From NCBI GenBank assembly GCA_041496385.1, contig JBGQEL010000006.1, positions 222-64,221 on the forward strand: DNA of 64,000 nt, read 5' to 3'. Origin of the DNA: Candidatus Methylomirabilia bacterium. Its GTDB lineage: Bacteria; Methylomirabilota; Methylomirabilia; Rokubacteriales; CSP1-6. A model generated the notes under the pieces. That model was not told the DNA's origin and did not search any database. It saw only the letters and a program-made list of their open reading frames with translations. Shown in pieces: positions 9,308 through 17,396 of the stretch (the stretch's first letter is position 1; each line of letters starts with the position of its first letter). The position numbers were made by a program, and so were the translations under genes.

Positions 9308-10518
9308 AGACCCTTCGGGACAAGTACTGCATCGTGGGCGTGGGAGAGACCGAGTACTCGCGCGGCTCGAAGCGGACGACGCGCGCGATGGCCGTCGAGG
9401 CCGTCCGTACGGCGATCCTCGACGCGGGACTCACGGCCCGCGACGTGGACGGCATGCTGGACTACCAGTCCGGCGACTCCACGCTCGCCAGCCACGTCGC
9501 GTCCGACCTCGGCATCCGCCTCAACTTCTTCATGGACGTGGTCGGCGGCGGCTCGTCCACCGAGGCGCTGATCGGCCTGGCGATGGGCGCGATCGAGGCC
9601 GGGATGTGCAACGCGGTCGCCATCTACCGCTCGATGAACGGCTACAGCGAGTTCCGCATCGGCGGCACCGGCGCGCGCGCCGCCCAGCCCGTGCGCGGCC
9701 TCGACCTCGCCCAGGTGCCCTTCGGCATGCGGAGCGCCGGCCAGAACTTCGCGCCGACCTTCCTGCGCCACATGTACGAGTACGGGACCACCTCGGAGCA
9801 GGTCGCCCACGTGAAGGTCGCCCACAGCAAGCACGCCTCGAACAACCCGAAGGCGCTCCTGAAGGAACGGGTGACCGTCGCGGACGTCGTGGGCTCGCGC
9901 TGGATCGTGAAGCCGCTCCACCTCCTCGACTGCTGCCTGGAGACCGACAACGCGACCTGCCTGGTCGTGACCACGGCCGAGCGCGCCCGCGACCTCCGGC
10001 GGCGTCCCGTGCACATCCTGGGCGTCGCCGGGCGCGTGTCGAAGCCGCGCCTCGATTTCCACTGGGCGCACGGCCCCATCACGCGCGTGGCCGGTTACTA
10101 CGCGAAGGACATCGTCTTCGGCCAGGCCGGCGTCGGCCCCGAGGACGTGGACGTCACGGGCTCCTACGACGCGTTCACGTTCACGACGATGCTGCAGCTC
10201 GAGGAGTACGGCTTCTGCAAGAAGGGGGAGGGCGGGCAGTACGTCTCGAGCGGGATCATCGAGCTCGGCGGCGGGCGCCCGAACAACACCGCCGGCGGCC
10301 ATCTCTGCGAGGGCTACACCCACGGGATGTCGATGGTGATCGAGAACGTCCGTCAGCTCCGGGGCACCGTGGACGACTACTGCCCGAGGGCCGCGGAGGG
10401 TGTGCACACCTACGACTACGCCGCGGGCCGCTGTCGCCAGGTGAAGGACACCGAGGTCACGATGAACCTCGGCTGGGCCATGCCGCCGATTGGCAGCGCG
10501 CTGATCATGCGTCGATGA
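9304..10518 (+). CDS. Thiolase-like lipid-transfer protein (SCP-x / Ltp type thiolase fold)
   Basis: The sequence MKTLRDKYCIVGVGETEYSRGS...GGHLCEGYTHG is typical of Ltp/SCP-x thiolase-like proteins that pair with DUF35 proteins. It overlaps the upstream gene by 4 nt. Confidence 0.8.
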   Translation: MKTLRDKYCIVGVGETEYSRGSKRTTRAMAVEAVRTAILDAGLTARDVDGMLDYQSGDSTLASHVASDLGIRLNFFMDVVGGGSSTEALIGLAMGAIEAGMCNAVAIYRSMNGYSEFRIGGTGARAAQPVRGLDLAQVPFGMRSAGQNFAPTFLRHMYEYGTTSEQVAHVKVAHSKHASNNPKALLKERVTVADVVGSRWIVKPLHLLDCCLETDNATCLVVTTAERARDLRRRPVHILGVAGRVSKPRLDFHWAHGPITRVAGYYAKDIVFGQAGVGPEDVDVTGSYDAFTFTTMLQLEEYGFCKKGEGGQYVSSGIIELGGGRPNNTAGGHLCEGYTHGMSMVIENVRQLRGTVDDYCPRAAEGVHTYDYAAGRCRQVKDTEVTMNLGWAMPPIGSALIMRR

Positions 10519-10525
10519 ACCCGCC

Positions 10526-11047
10526 ATGGAGGTGTCGCTGATGCCCGAGCCCGTCCAGTACCGCGGGATGTCGCTCATCGTCCCGGACAACGACACGGAG
10601 TGGAAGGAGTTCTACGCGCACGCGCGCGCCCACCGGCTCGTCGTGCGCAAGTGCGCCGCCTGCGGCCTCCTGCGGTACCCGGCGACGCACGCCTGTCCCT
10701 GGTGCATGGAGCTCGGCTGGACCTGGCAGGAGGTCTCCGGGCGCGGCGCGATCTACTCCTACGAGATCGTCCATCACGCGATCCAGCCTGGCTTCCGCGA
10801 GCTCACGCCCTACGCCGTCGTGCTCGTCGAGCTCGACGAGCAGCGGGGGACGCCCACGCCCGACGAGGCGCTCAGGATCATCGGCAACCTCCTGAAGCCC
10901 GACCTCTCCCCCGAGGCCGAGGAGCAGGTCGCCATCGGCAAGCGCGTGCGCGTGATCTTCCAGGACCTCGCCGACCACATGGCGCTGCCGCAGTTCGCGC
11001 TGACCGACGAGCCGGCGCAGGGACGCGTGTGGCGCCTCACGCCGTGA
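10526..11047 (+). CDS. Zn-ribbon OB-fold protein (DUF35 / ChsH2-like partner of Ltp thiolases)
   Basis: The sequence RKCAACGLLRYPATHACPWC is a rubredoxin-like zinc ribbon, and an OB-fold region follows. The protein is 173 aa. Confidence 0.8.
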   Translation: MEVSLMPEPVQYRGMSLIVPDNDTEWKEFYAHARAHRLVVRKCAACGLLRYPATHACPWCMELGWTWQEVSGRGAIYSYEIVHHAIQPGFRELTPYAVVLVELDEQRGTPTPDEALRIIGNLLKPDLSPEAEEQVAIGKRVRVIFQDLADHMALPQFALTDEPAQGRVWRLTP

Positions 11048-11555
11048 GCCTCCTCACGATGTCGTCGAACGCCCCCTCGGCCAGCGCGCGGACCTCGTCA
11101 CGGGTGAGCGGCTGGATGGGATGCGCGACGACGACGGTCGGATAGTCCCGGGCGCCGAGGGCGCCCGCCTGGGCGCGCGCGGCCTGCACGAACTCCGACG
11201 AGATGATCGTCGCGGTGGGAATGCCGTTGTCCTCGAAGAACACGCCGTCGTGCACACTGCACGTTGTGCAGGACCCTCAGTCCGCGAGCGCCTCGATCAG
11301 CACGTCGGTCGCCCCGACGATCTCCCGCCTGAGATCGTCCGGCGCCGGTCGCGCGAACGTGGGCTTTCGCTTCCTCACGATGGCCTTCGGCCTCGCACGC
11401 TCACGCAGCAGCTCCTCGATCCGCTCGAGGAGGTGATCCCCCTTGGCCTTGGAGATGTCGAGCAGCGTGACGATCTTGCCGTCGAGGCTCGACGGCCGCG
11501 GGGCGGTCTTCCGCGGAACGGCGACGGAGGCGGTCGGGTCGAGGTAGTCGGACAT
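11037..11555 (-). CDS. Candidate UGSC-family selenoprotein, with an in-frame TGA at 11277-11279 read as selenocysteine
   Basis: Track ORFs 11277..11573 and 11037..11255 are in the same frame and are separated only by a TGA plus 7 codons. Read-through gives ...VLIEALAD-U-GSCTTCSVHDGVFFEDNG... The true start is the ATG at 11553-11555 (MSDYLD), which follows a strong ribosome-binding site (GACAGGAGGAGAGACC). The downstream ORF has no ribosome-binding site or ATG of its own. Confidence 0.55.
11250..11276 (-). promoter_or_regulatory. SECIS-like hairpin immediately 3' of the in-frame UGA
   Basis: The mRNA reads UGA GGGUCC CUGCAC AAC GUGCAG UGUGCAC. This is a 6-bp perfect stem (CUGCAC/GUGCAG) that starts 6 nt after the UGA, with alternative extended pairings. 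The position and size are compatible with a bacterial Sec insertion sequence, but this was not modelled. Confidence 0.3.
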
Positions 11556-11569
11556 GGTCTCTCCTCCTG

Positions 11570-12613
11570 TCACGGGGTCTGGATCGGCCTGAACACCAGC
11601 GTCGAGCTCTTGGCGAACGTCCAGCCGGGGACGATCGCCGAGAACCGTCCGGCCGTGCCGCCTGCCACCAGGATCTTCAGATTGTCGGGCGCGCGGAACT
11701 TCGGCATCGGCGTGGCGTCGTTCGAGGGATCGGCGAACTTCCTCAGCACGTGCTCCGGGAGTCCTTCACCGCCGTCCCGGCCGGGCACCAGCTCGCGCAC
11801 CGGGCGGCGCAGGCGCTCCCAGAGCCAGCGGCGCACGTCGTCCTTCGTCCAGCGGGCGTCGCCGAGCGTCTTCGCGTGCTCGGGCGAGAGCACCACCAGC
11901 GTGTCGCCCCAGTGCGTCGCCTTGTGGTGCGAGACGACGCCGAGGCTCGCGGCGATCGTCGCCAGGAGGTCCTCGGGCCGCCGCGATTGATGGTCGTAGA
12001 CGCCGAGCGGCGCATCGGCCGCGAGGACCGCGACGGTGCTCCCCCCGCGCGCGAATCCGTGCTCGACGGCCAGCGACTCCCAGGGGCTCGCCTCTTCGTG
12101 CTCGCCGATGCAGTAGGTGTAGCGGCCCGGGTGGGCCAGCGTGGACATGCTGACGACGCCCGGCGTCGCGCCGCCGACGTTGACGCAGACGAGGCGCAGG
12201 GCGCGGCCGATCGTCGCGTTGGCCCGCCAGCCCGAGCCGAAGACACCGGCGGCGCAGTTGATGTCGAGGGCGCCGCGGATCGGACCGTTGACGATGACGA
12301 GGGGCGCCGGCGAGTTCGTGGTCGCCGACACGCCGTGGAGATCGAAGCGCTCGTCGCAGACCGCCTCGACGGCGGCGAGGACGACGGGGAGGTACTCCGG
12401 GCGGCAGCCCGCCATGACCGCGTTGGTCGCGATCTTCTCGACGGTGGCGGCGCCGTAGTTGGGGGGAACGAGGGCCACCACCTCGCTCGCGTCCCGCCCC
12501 GCCGCCCCGACCGCGCGCGCCACGCGTTCGCGCGTCGGCGGGACGACGGGCAGCCCGTCGGTCACGCCGCGCGCGTAGAGCTCCTCGATGAGGTCGGGGT
12601 CGGCGAGTGACAT
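11570..12613 (-). CDS. Hypothetical protein (347 aa) translationally coupled to the candidate selenoprotein
   Basis: The start was chosen at MSLADPDLIEELYARG. The stop TGA at 11570-11572 lies inside the ribosome-binding-site region of the next gene. The protein has coding-like composition and several conserved-looking Cys (MAGCRPEY, AVCDERF, DINCAAG, LVCVNVGG), but I do not recognise a family. Confidence 0.55.
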   Translation of the reverse strand: MSLADPDLIEELYARGVTDGLPVVPPTRERVARAVGAAGRDASEVVALVPPNYGAATVEKIATNAVMAGCRPEYLPVVLAAVEAVCDERFDLHGVSATTNSPAPLVIVNGPIRGALDINCAAGVFGSGWRANATIGRALRLVCVNVGGATPGVVSMSTLAHPGRYTYCIGEHEEASPWESLAVEHGFARGGSTVAVLAADAPLGVYDHQSRRPEDLLATIAASLGVVSHHKATHWGDTLVVLSPEHAKTLGDARWTKDDVRRWLWERLRRPVRELVPGRDGGEGLPEHVLRKFADPSNDATPMPKFRAPDNLKILVAGGTAGRFSAIVPGWTFAKSSTLVFRPIQTP

Positions 12614-12664
12614 GCCCAGAAGGCTAACACACGCCGACCCCAAGGGCGCCGCGCGCGGGGGCCG

Positions 12665-14143
12665 CTAGCGCCGGATGATGTGCTCGGCGATCTCGAACGC
12701 CTCTCGGAACTCGTTCACCGCGCGCTGGAAGTAGCCGTGGGCGAGCGCCGCCAGCCCGTCGTTCAGCTGCTCCTGCGCCTGCCGGACGCGCCGGTCGCGC
12801 GCGCCGACCTTCGCGATCGCGAGCGCCAGCTCGTGCTGGGCCGCGTCGCGCGCCGCCGCGGCGACGTTGGCGTCCGTCCGCCCACCGAAGAGGCGGCTGA
12901 CAAACGACGCGAGCATCAGGTTGGCGGCGTTCAGGTCGCTCTTCAGCTTGACGTTGTCCGCCGTCAGCGCCGCGTTCGGCTTCTTGAGGTCCGCGACCTG
13001 CTGCTGCAGCCCGGTGATCTGCGTGTTCAGCGCGGCGTTCTTCTTCCAGAGGTCGGAGAGCGCCGCGTTCGCGTCGGCGAGCTGCTGCCGGAGCTTGTCC
13101 AGCTCGGTCGAGCACGCCCCGCCGGCAGCCGGCGCGCCCGCGACGAAGGCGCCGAACGCCTCCGGATGCTCCCCGACGGCGACCGTGGCGGCGATCGTGT
13201 TCGTGGCCGCGTCGATCACCGACACGCTGGCACCCATGTCGTTGCCGACGAAGACCCGCGTGCCGGTCGGATCGACCGCCAGGCCGAAGGGGCTCCGCCC
13301 GACGGGCACGTTCGCGATGACCGTGTTCGTCGGGGCGTAGATCACGGAAACCGTGTCCTCACCGGCGTTCGTCACATACACGAGAACGCCGGTGGGGTTC
13401 ACCGCCACGCTGACCGGCGAGCTGAAGGGCGCCGCGCCGACCGGCACGGTGGCCACGACGGTGTTCGTGGACGTGTCGATCACGGAGACCGTGTTGTCCA
13501 CCTGGTTGGCCACGTAGACCCGCGAGCCCGATGGGCTCACCGCCAGGCCCATCGGAAAGGCGCCGACCGGGACCGACGTGATGACGGTGTTGGCGCCGGC
13601 GTCGATCACCGCGACGCTGTTGGTCGCGGAGTCCACGACGTACACGCGCGTGCCGGCCGGGTTGACCACGACGCCGATCGGCGTGCTCGGAAACGGGTGC
13701 ACCGTGATCGTGCGGACGACCGTATTGGTCGCGGCGTCGAGCACGGAGACCGTCCCGTCCCCGTTGTTGGCGACGTAGACGAGCGTGCCGGCCGGATTGA
13801 CCGCGATACCGCTCGGCGAACTGCCGACGGGCACCGTGGCGATCACGGTGTTCGTGGCGGTGTCGAGCACCGAGACCGTGCCCCCGTTGAAGTTGCCGAC
13901 GTACGCGCGTGTGCCGGCCGCATTCACCGCGACGCCGAACGGCTGATCGCCGACCGCGACGGTCGTCACGACGGTGTTGGTCGCGCCGTCGATCACTGAG
14001 ACGTTGTTCGAGCCGAAGTTCGGGACGTACGCCAACGGCGCCGCGTCCGCGGTCGAAAGCGCGGCGCTCACGACGAGCGCGAGCGTGATGAAGCCCAGAA
14101 AGATTCCGGAAAGTCGCGTGGGGAGCGGGCTTTGGTTCACCAT
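12665..14143 (-). CDS. YVTN-family beta-propeller repeat protein with signal peptide and C-terminal coiled-coil
   Basis: About nine degenerate ~40-aa repeats (e.g. AYVPNFGSNNVSVIDGATNTVVTTVAVGDQPFGVAVNAAGTRAYVGN) lie behind a signal peptide. The last ~130 aa are a heptad-like coiled coil (LDKLRQQLADANAALSDLWKKNAALNTQITGLQQQVADLKK). The start could instead be the ATG at 14179. Confidence 0.8.
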   Translation of the reverse strand: MVNQSPLPTRLSGIFLGFITLALVVSAALSTADAAPLAYVPNFGSNNVSVIDGATNTVVTTVAVGDQPFGVAVNAAGTRAYVGNFNGGTVSVLDTATNTVIATVPVGSSPSGIAVNPAGTLVYVANNGDGTVSVLDAATNTVVRTITVHPFPSTPIGVVVNPAGTRVYVVDSATNSVAVIDAGANTVITSVPVGAFPMGLAVSPSGSRVYVANQVDNTVSVIDTSTNTVVATVPVGAAPFSSPVSVAVNPTGVLVYVTNAGEDTVSVIYAPTNTVIANVPVGRSPFGLAVDPTGTRVFVGNDMGASVSVIDAATNTIAATVAVGEHPEAFGAFVAGAPAAGGACSTELDKLRQQLADANAALSDLWKKNAALNTQITGLQQQVADLKKPNAALTADNVKLKSDLNAANLMLASFVSRLFGGRTDANVAAAARDAAQHELALAIAKVGARDRRVRQAQEQLNDGLAALAHGYFQRAVNEFREAFEIAEHIIRR

Positions 14144-14312
14144 GCGCGCAGTATAGTGCAGCGCCGATGCCAGCCCCAAAAACGCCCTATCGTTCAGGAG
14201 CTTGGCGTGCGGGCGCCGCCCTCCGGCGAGTCAGGACGGCGTGACGGAACGGCAGCGGATGGCAAATTTCGTCAGTGGCGAGCCCGATGGAGGCGCCGGC
14301 CGCGGCGCCCGG

Positions 14313-14984
14313 CTACTCCCGGCAGGCGCGGAAGTTCGCGTAGTCCCCCTGAGCGCTCGACCGGGTGTCGTCGGAGTCCGTGAGGACCGCGATGCCCGCG
14401 GGCTTGGGTGTGTCCGATTCGCCGAACAACCTCTTGTAATCGGCGAGCGCGTTCACCTTCTCGTCCATCCAAGCGGCGCCGGCGCCCTTGCCCGGGACCC
14501 CGGTCCGGAGAACCAGCACCTGGGTGAGACCGTAGTTGGAGTTCAGGTGGGTGCCGACCGGCACCTTTTCGCTCCACACGTACTTCACGGCCTTCGGCCC
14601 GGTGAAGCGCGAGTAGGGCACCAGCAAGTAGACGGCCAGCGCGCTGTCGTTGGTTCCGCGGTCGCGCTCGTCGGCGTCCTTGGGGAACTCACGCGGGCGC
14701 CACGCCCAGGCGAGCATCGGATACCGGCCGAGATTCCACGGGAGCTGTTTCGCCGCCTGGACGCCAAGCCCCTTCGCGGCACCGCGGAGGAAGCGGAGCC
14801 CCTGCTCCTCCAGAACCGTGTAGACGTCTTTGCCCACGTCCTTCCGCGGCTTCCAGCCCGTCGGGAACTCGCCCACCTTCGCGTTCGCGAAATCCTCGAT
14901 CGAGATGCAGTCGGGCTGCTGACCCGAGGCCCGCTGCACGCCGACGCCGGCGAACGCCACACCGACGATTCCGAGCCATTTCAT
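14313..14984 (-). CDS. Secreted protein, DUF3047-like
   Basis: The sequence begins MKWLGIVGVAFAGVGVQRASG, a signal peptide, and the mature protein is ~200 aa. The family call comes from memory of DUF3047 and is not verified. Confidence 0.5.
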   Translation of the reverse strand: MKWLGIVGVAFAGVGVQRASGQQPDCISIEDFANAKVGEFPTGWKPRKDVGKDVYTVLEEQGLRFLRGAAKGLGVQAAKQLPWNLGRYPMLAWAWRPREFPKDADERDRGTNDSALAVYLLVPYSRFTGPKAVKYVWSEKVPVGTHLNSNYGLTQVLVLRTGVPGKGAGAAWMDEKVNALADYKRLFGESDTPKPAGIAVLTDSDDTRSSAQGDYANFRACRE

Positions 14985-15019
14985 CGCCAGGCGCGCGCCG
15001 TCGCGGCGCCAAGCGCGCA

Positions 15020-16429
15020 CTACCGGCCGCGTCTCCACCAGTGGTGCACCAGGTTGTCGACGACCTCGCCGAGCTGATCGATCGTCCGGCATTCCCGCAC
15101 GAAGTCGCACGCCGGCGCGTAGAGGGGCATGACGCTGTCGCCGATGCCCCAGCCCCACTGCCCCTCGGGGTTGAGCCAGATGATCCCCTTCACGCGCTCG
15201 CGAATGAGCCGGAGCGCCCACGCCTGCGGGTCGTTGTAGTTGTTGCGCGCGTCCCCCAGCACCATGATCGTGGTCTTCCGGTCGAGCGACTCGAGCTCGG
15301 TCCGCGCGAATCGGTTGAACGCGAAACCGAAATCCGAGCGGCAGTGGTAGTCCACGGGCGAGCCCTTGAGCGCCCATTCGATGGCGCGCTCGACCGGGTA
15401 GGTGTTGAACGCCTGCGTCACCTCGGCGATCTCCGAGACGAAGACGTACGAGCGTACCCGGCTGAAGCACTCCTGGAGGCTCCAGACCAGCTGCAGCATG
15501 AAGCGCGAGGCGTTCCGGACCGAATCCGAGACGTCGCAGATCGTGACGAGCTTGGGCTTCTCGCGATGGCGGCGCTTGAGAAAGATCTCCATCGGCACAC
15601 CGCCGTACTGGAGGCTCCGGCGTGTGGTCCGGCGCGTGTCGATGCGGCCGCGGTGCTCCTGCCGCTGGCGCAGCGCGAGCGCGTCCTTGATCCTGCGGGC
15701 GAGCCGCGCGACCACCGACTTCATCTGCGCGATCTCGTCGGGCGTGAGCGCGAAGAGCGGCTTCTCGGAGAGCACCTCACGCGTGAGCTTCTCGCCCTGC
15801 CGGTACGCGCGCCGCTCCAGCTCGCGCTCGACGTGCTGGCGGATCATCCGCTTGAACGCCTCGAGGCGGAGCTCGAGGTAGTTCCGGATGCGGGCGAGCT
15901 GGCCGGGGTCCAGGGCGCGCCCCTCGAGCATCTTCATGATCCGCTCGAGGTCCGCCTCGATCGCCGACCAGTCGAAGCGGTCCGAGATCCGGCGCGAGAA
16001 GAAGCCGACCTGGAGGAAGTACATGAGCCGTTCAAGCCCGGCGCCCTGGCCGGAGGCGCGGATGGCCATTTCCATCTCGCTGCCGCCGCCGCGCATCAGG
16101 AGCTCGGTCAGCTCGTCGAGCTCCATCCCTTCCTCGGCGAGCATCTGGTCCAGCATGTCCTGGACGCGCGGGTCGGCGGGGCCGAGGGCCTTCTTGAGTC
16201 CCTGGCCGAGCGCCTCGAGGTCGAGAAAGTAGAGGTCGAAGAGGCGGTCGAAGGTCGGGCGGTCGCGAAACTCCTTGATCAGAGTCGCGGCGAGCGTGGT
16301 CTTGAACGTGTCGCGGTCGGCGAGTCCCACCTCGGACGCCGCGGCGAGCGCGTCGAGCGCCTCCGAGGGCGAGATGCGGATCTCCGCGCGGCGGAGGTCG
16401 CCGATGAACTCCAGGATGCGCTCGTCCAT
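15020..16429 (-). CDS. VWA domain-containing protein, CoxE-like (MoxR partner)
   Basis: A C-terminal von Willebrand A region (LVTICDVSDSVRN...IMVLGDARNN, the MIDAS motif DxSxS) follows a long helical N-terminal region. It sits immediately downstream of a MoxR ATPase, which is the typical arrangement. Confidence 0.8.
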   Translation of the reverse strand: MDERILEFIGDLRRAEIRISPSEALDALAAASEVGLADRDTFKTTLAATLIKEFRDRPTFDRLFDLYFLDLEALGQGLKKALGPADPRVQDMLDQMLAEEGMELDELTELLMRGGGSEMEMAIRASGQGAGLERLMYFLQVGFFSRRISDRFDWSAIEADLERIMKMLEGRALDPGQLARIRNYLELRLEAFKRMIRQHVERELERRAYRQGEKLTREVLSEKPLFALTPDEIAQMKSVVARLARRIKDALALRQRQEHRGRIDTRRTTRRSLQYGGVPMEIFLKRRHREKPKLVTICDVSDSVRNASRFMLQLVWSLQECFSRVRSYVFVSEIAEVTQAFNTYPVERAIEWALKGSPVDYHCRSDFGFAFNRFARTELESLDRKTTIMVLGDARNNYNDPQAWALRLIRERVKGIIWLNPEGQWGWGIGDSVMPLYAPACDFVRECRTIDQLGEVVDNLVHHWWRRGR

Positions 16430-16433
16430 CGCT

Positions 16434-17342
16434 CTACTCGGCGAGCACCTTGTCCATCGCGCCCTTCACGCGCTCCAGGTCCTTTTCGTGCTTCACGAGC
16501 ATCGTCAGCGTGGACTCGACGAGCTCCGGGGAGAGCTCCCGGGCGTTCAGGATCACGAGGGACCGCGCCCAGTCGAGCGATTCCGACACGGACGGGAGCT
16601 TCCGGAGGTCCATCGCCCGGATCTTCTGCACGGCGTCCACGACCGCGCCGGCGAGCTTCTCGGGAAGCTCCGGCACCTTCAGCCGGATGATCGCCAGCTC
16701 GTCCGCCGGCGACGGGAAGTCGATGAACAGGTGCAGGCACCGCCGCTTGAGCCCGTCGGACAGCTCACGCGCGTTGTTCGACGTGAGCACGACGAGCGGG
16801 ATGTGCCTGGCCTTCACCGTGCCGAGCTCGGGGACGGAGACCTGAAAGTCCGAGAGCACCTCGAGCAGGAAGGCCTCGAACTCGGGCTCGGCCTTGTCGA
16901 TCTCGTCCACGAGCAGCACGACCGGCTCCGGCGACAGGATCGCCGAGAGCAGCGGGCGCGGCGAGAGGAAGCGGAAGGAGAAGAACGCGTCCTCCTGCCC
17001 GGCGATCTTCGCCACGGCATCGGGCAGCGACGGCGCGTCGGCGATCAGCTCGCCGATGCGCTCGCGCAGGAGCTGCGTGTAGAGGAGCTGCTTGGCGTAC
17101 TTCCACTCGTAGAGCGCCTTGCCCTCGTCGAGCCCCTCGTAGCACTGCAGGCGGATGAGCGCGCGGCCGGTCACCTCCGACAGCGTCTTCGCGAGCTCGG
17201 TCTTGCCGACACCCGCGGGCCCCTCGATGAGCACCGGGCGGCCCATGCGCGCGGCCAGGTACACGACGGTGGAGATCCGGCGAGTCGCGATGTAACGCGC
17301 GTCGCGGAATCGCTGCTGCACCTCTTCGACGGACTCGAACAT
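16434..17342 (-). CDS. MoxR-family AAA+ ATPase (CoxD-like)
   Basis: The sequence carries Walker A (VLIEGPAGVGKTELAK) and Walker B (VLLVDEIDKAEPEF) motifs and has the MoxR length and order. The start is the ATG at 17340-17342. Confidence 0.9.
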   Translation of the reverse strand: MFESVEEVQQRFRDARYIATRRISTVVYLAARMGRPVLIEGPAGVGKTELAKTLSEVTGRALIRLQCYEGLDEGKALYEWKYAKQLLYTQLLRERIGELIADAPSLPDAVAKIAGQEDAFFSFRFLSPRPLLSAILSPEPVVLLVDEIDKAEPEFEAFLLEVLSDFQVSVPELGTVKARHIPLVVLTSNNARELSDGLKRRCLHLFIDFPSPADELAIIRLKVPELPEKLAGAVVDAVQKIRAMDLRKLPSVSESLDWARSLVILNARELSPELVESTLTMLVKHEKDLERVKGAMDKVLAE

Positions 17343-17396
17343 GGTCGCTCCCTTCGCAACTGAATTGCCGTTCATTCTAGCAGGGTACAATGCCAC

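Noticed and set aside
12665-14143. The YVTN repeat region as a DNA-level tandem repeat or a mobile or variable element
   Set aside because: The repeats are conserved at the protein level but divergent at the nucleotide level. There are no long identical DNA units.
14260-14300. A GGCGCC-GGCCGC-GGCGCC self-complementary element downstream of the DUF3047 gene, as a possible terminator
   Set aside because: There is no U-tract on the relevant strand, and GGCGCC palindromes are common at this GC content.
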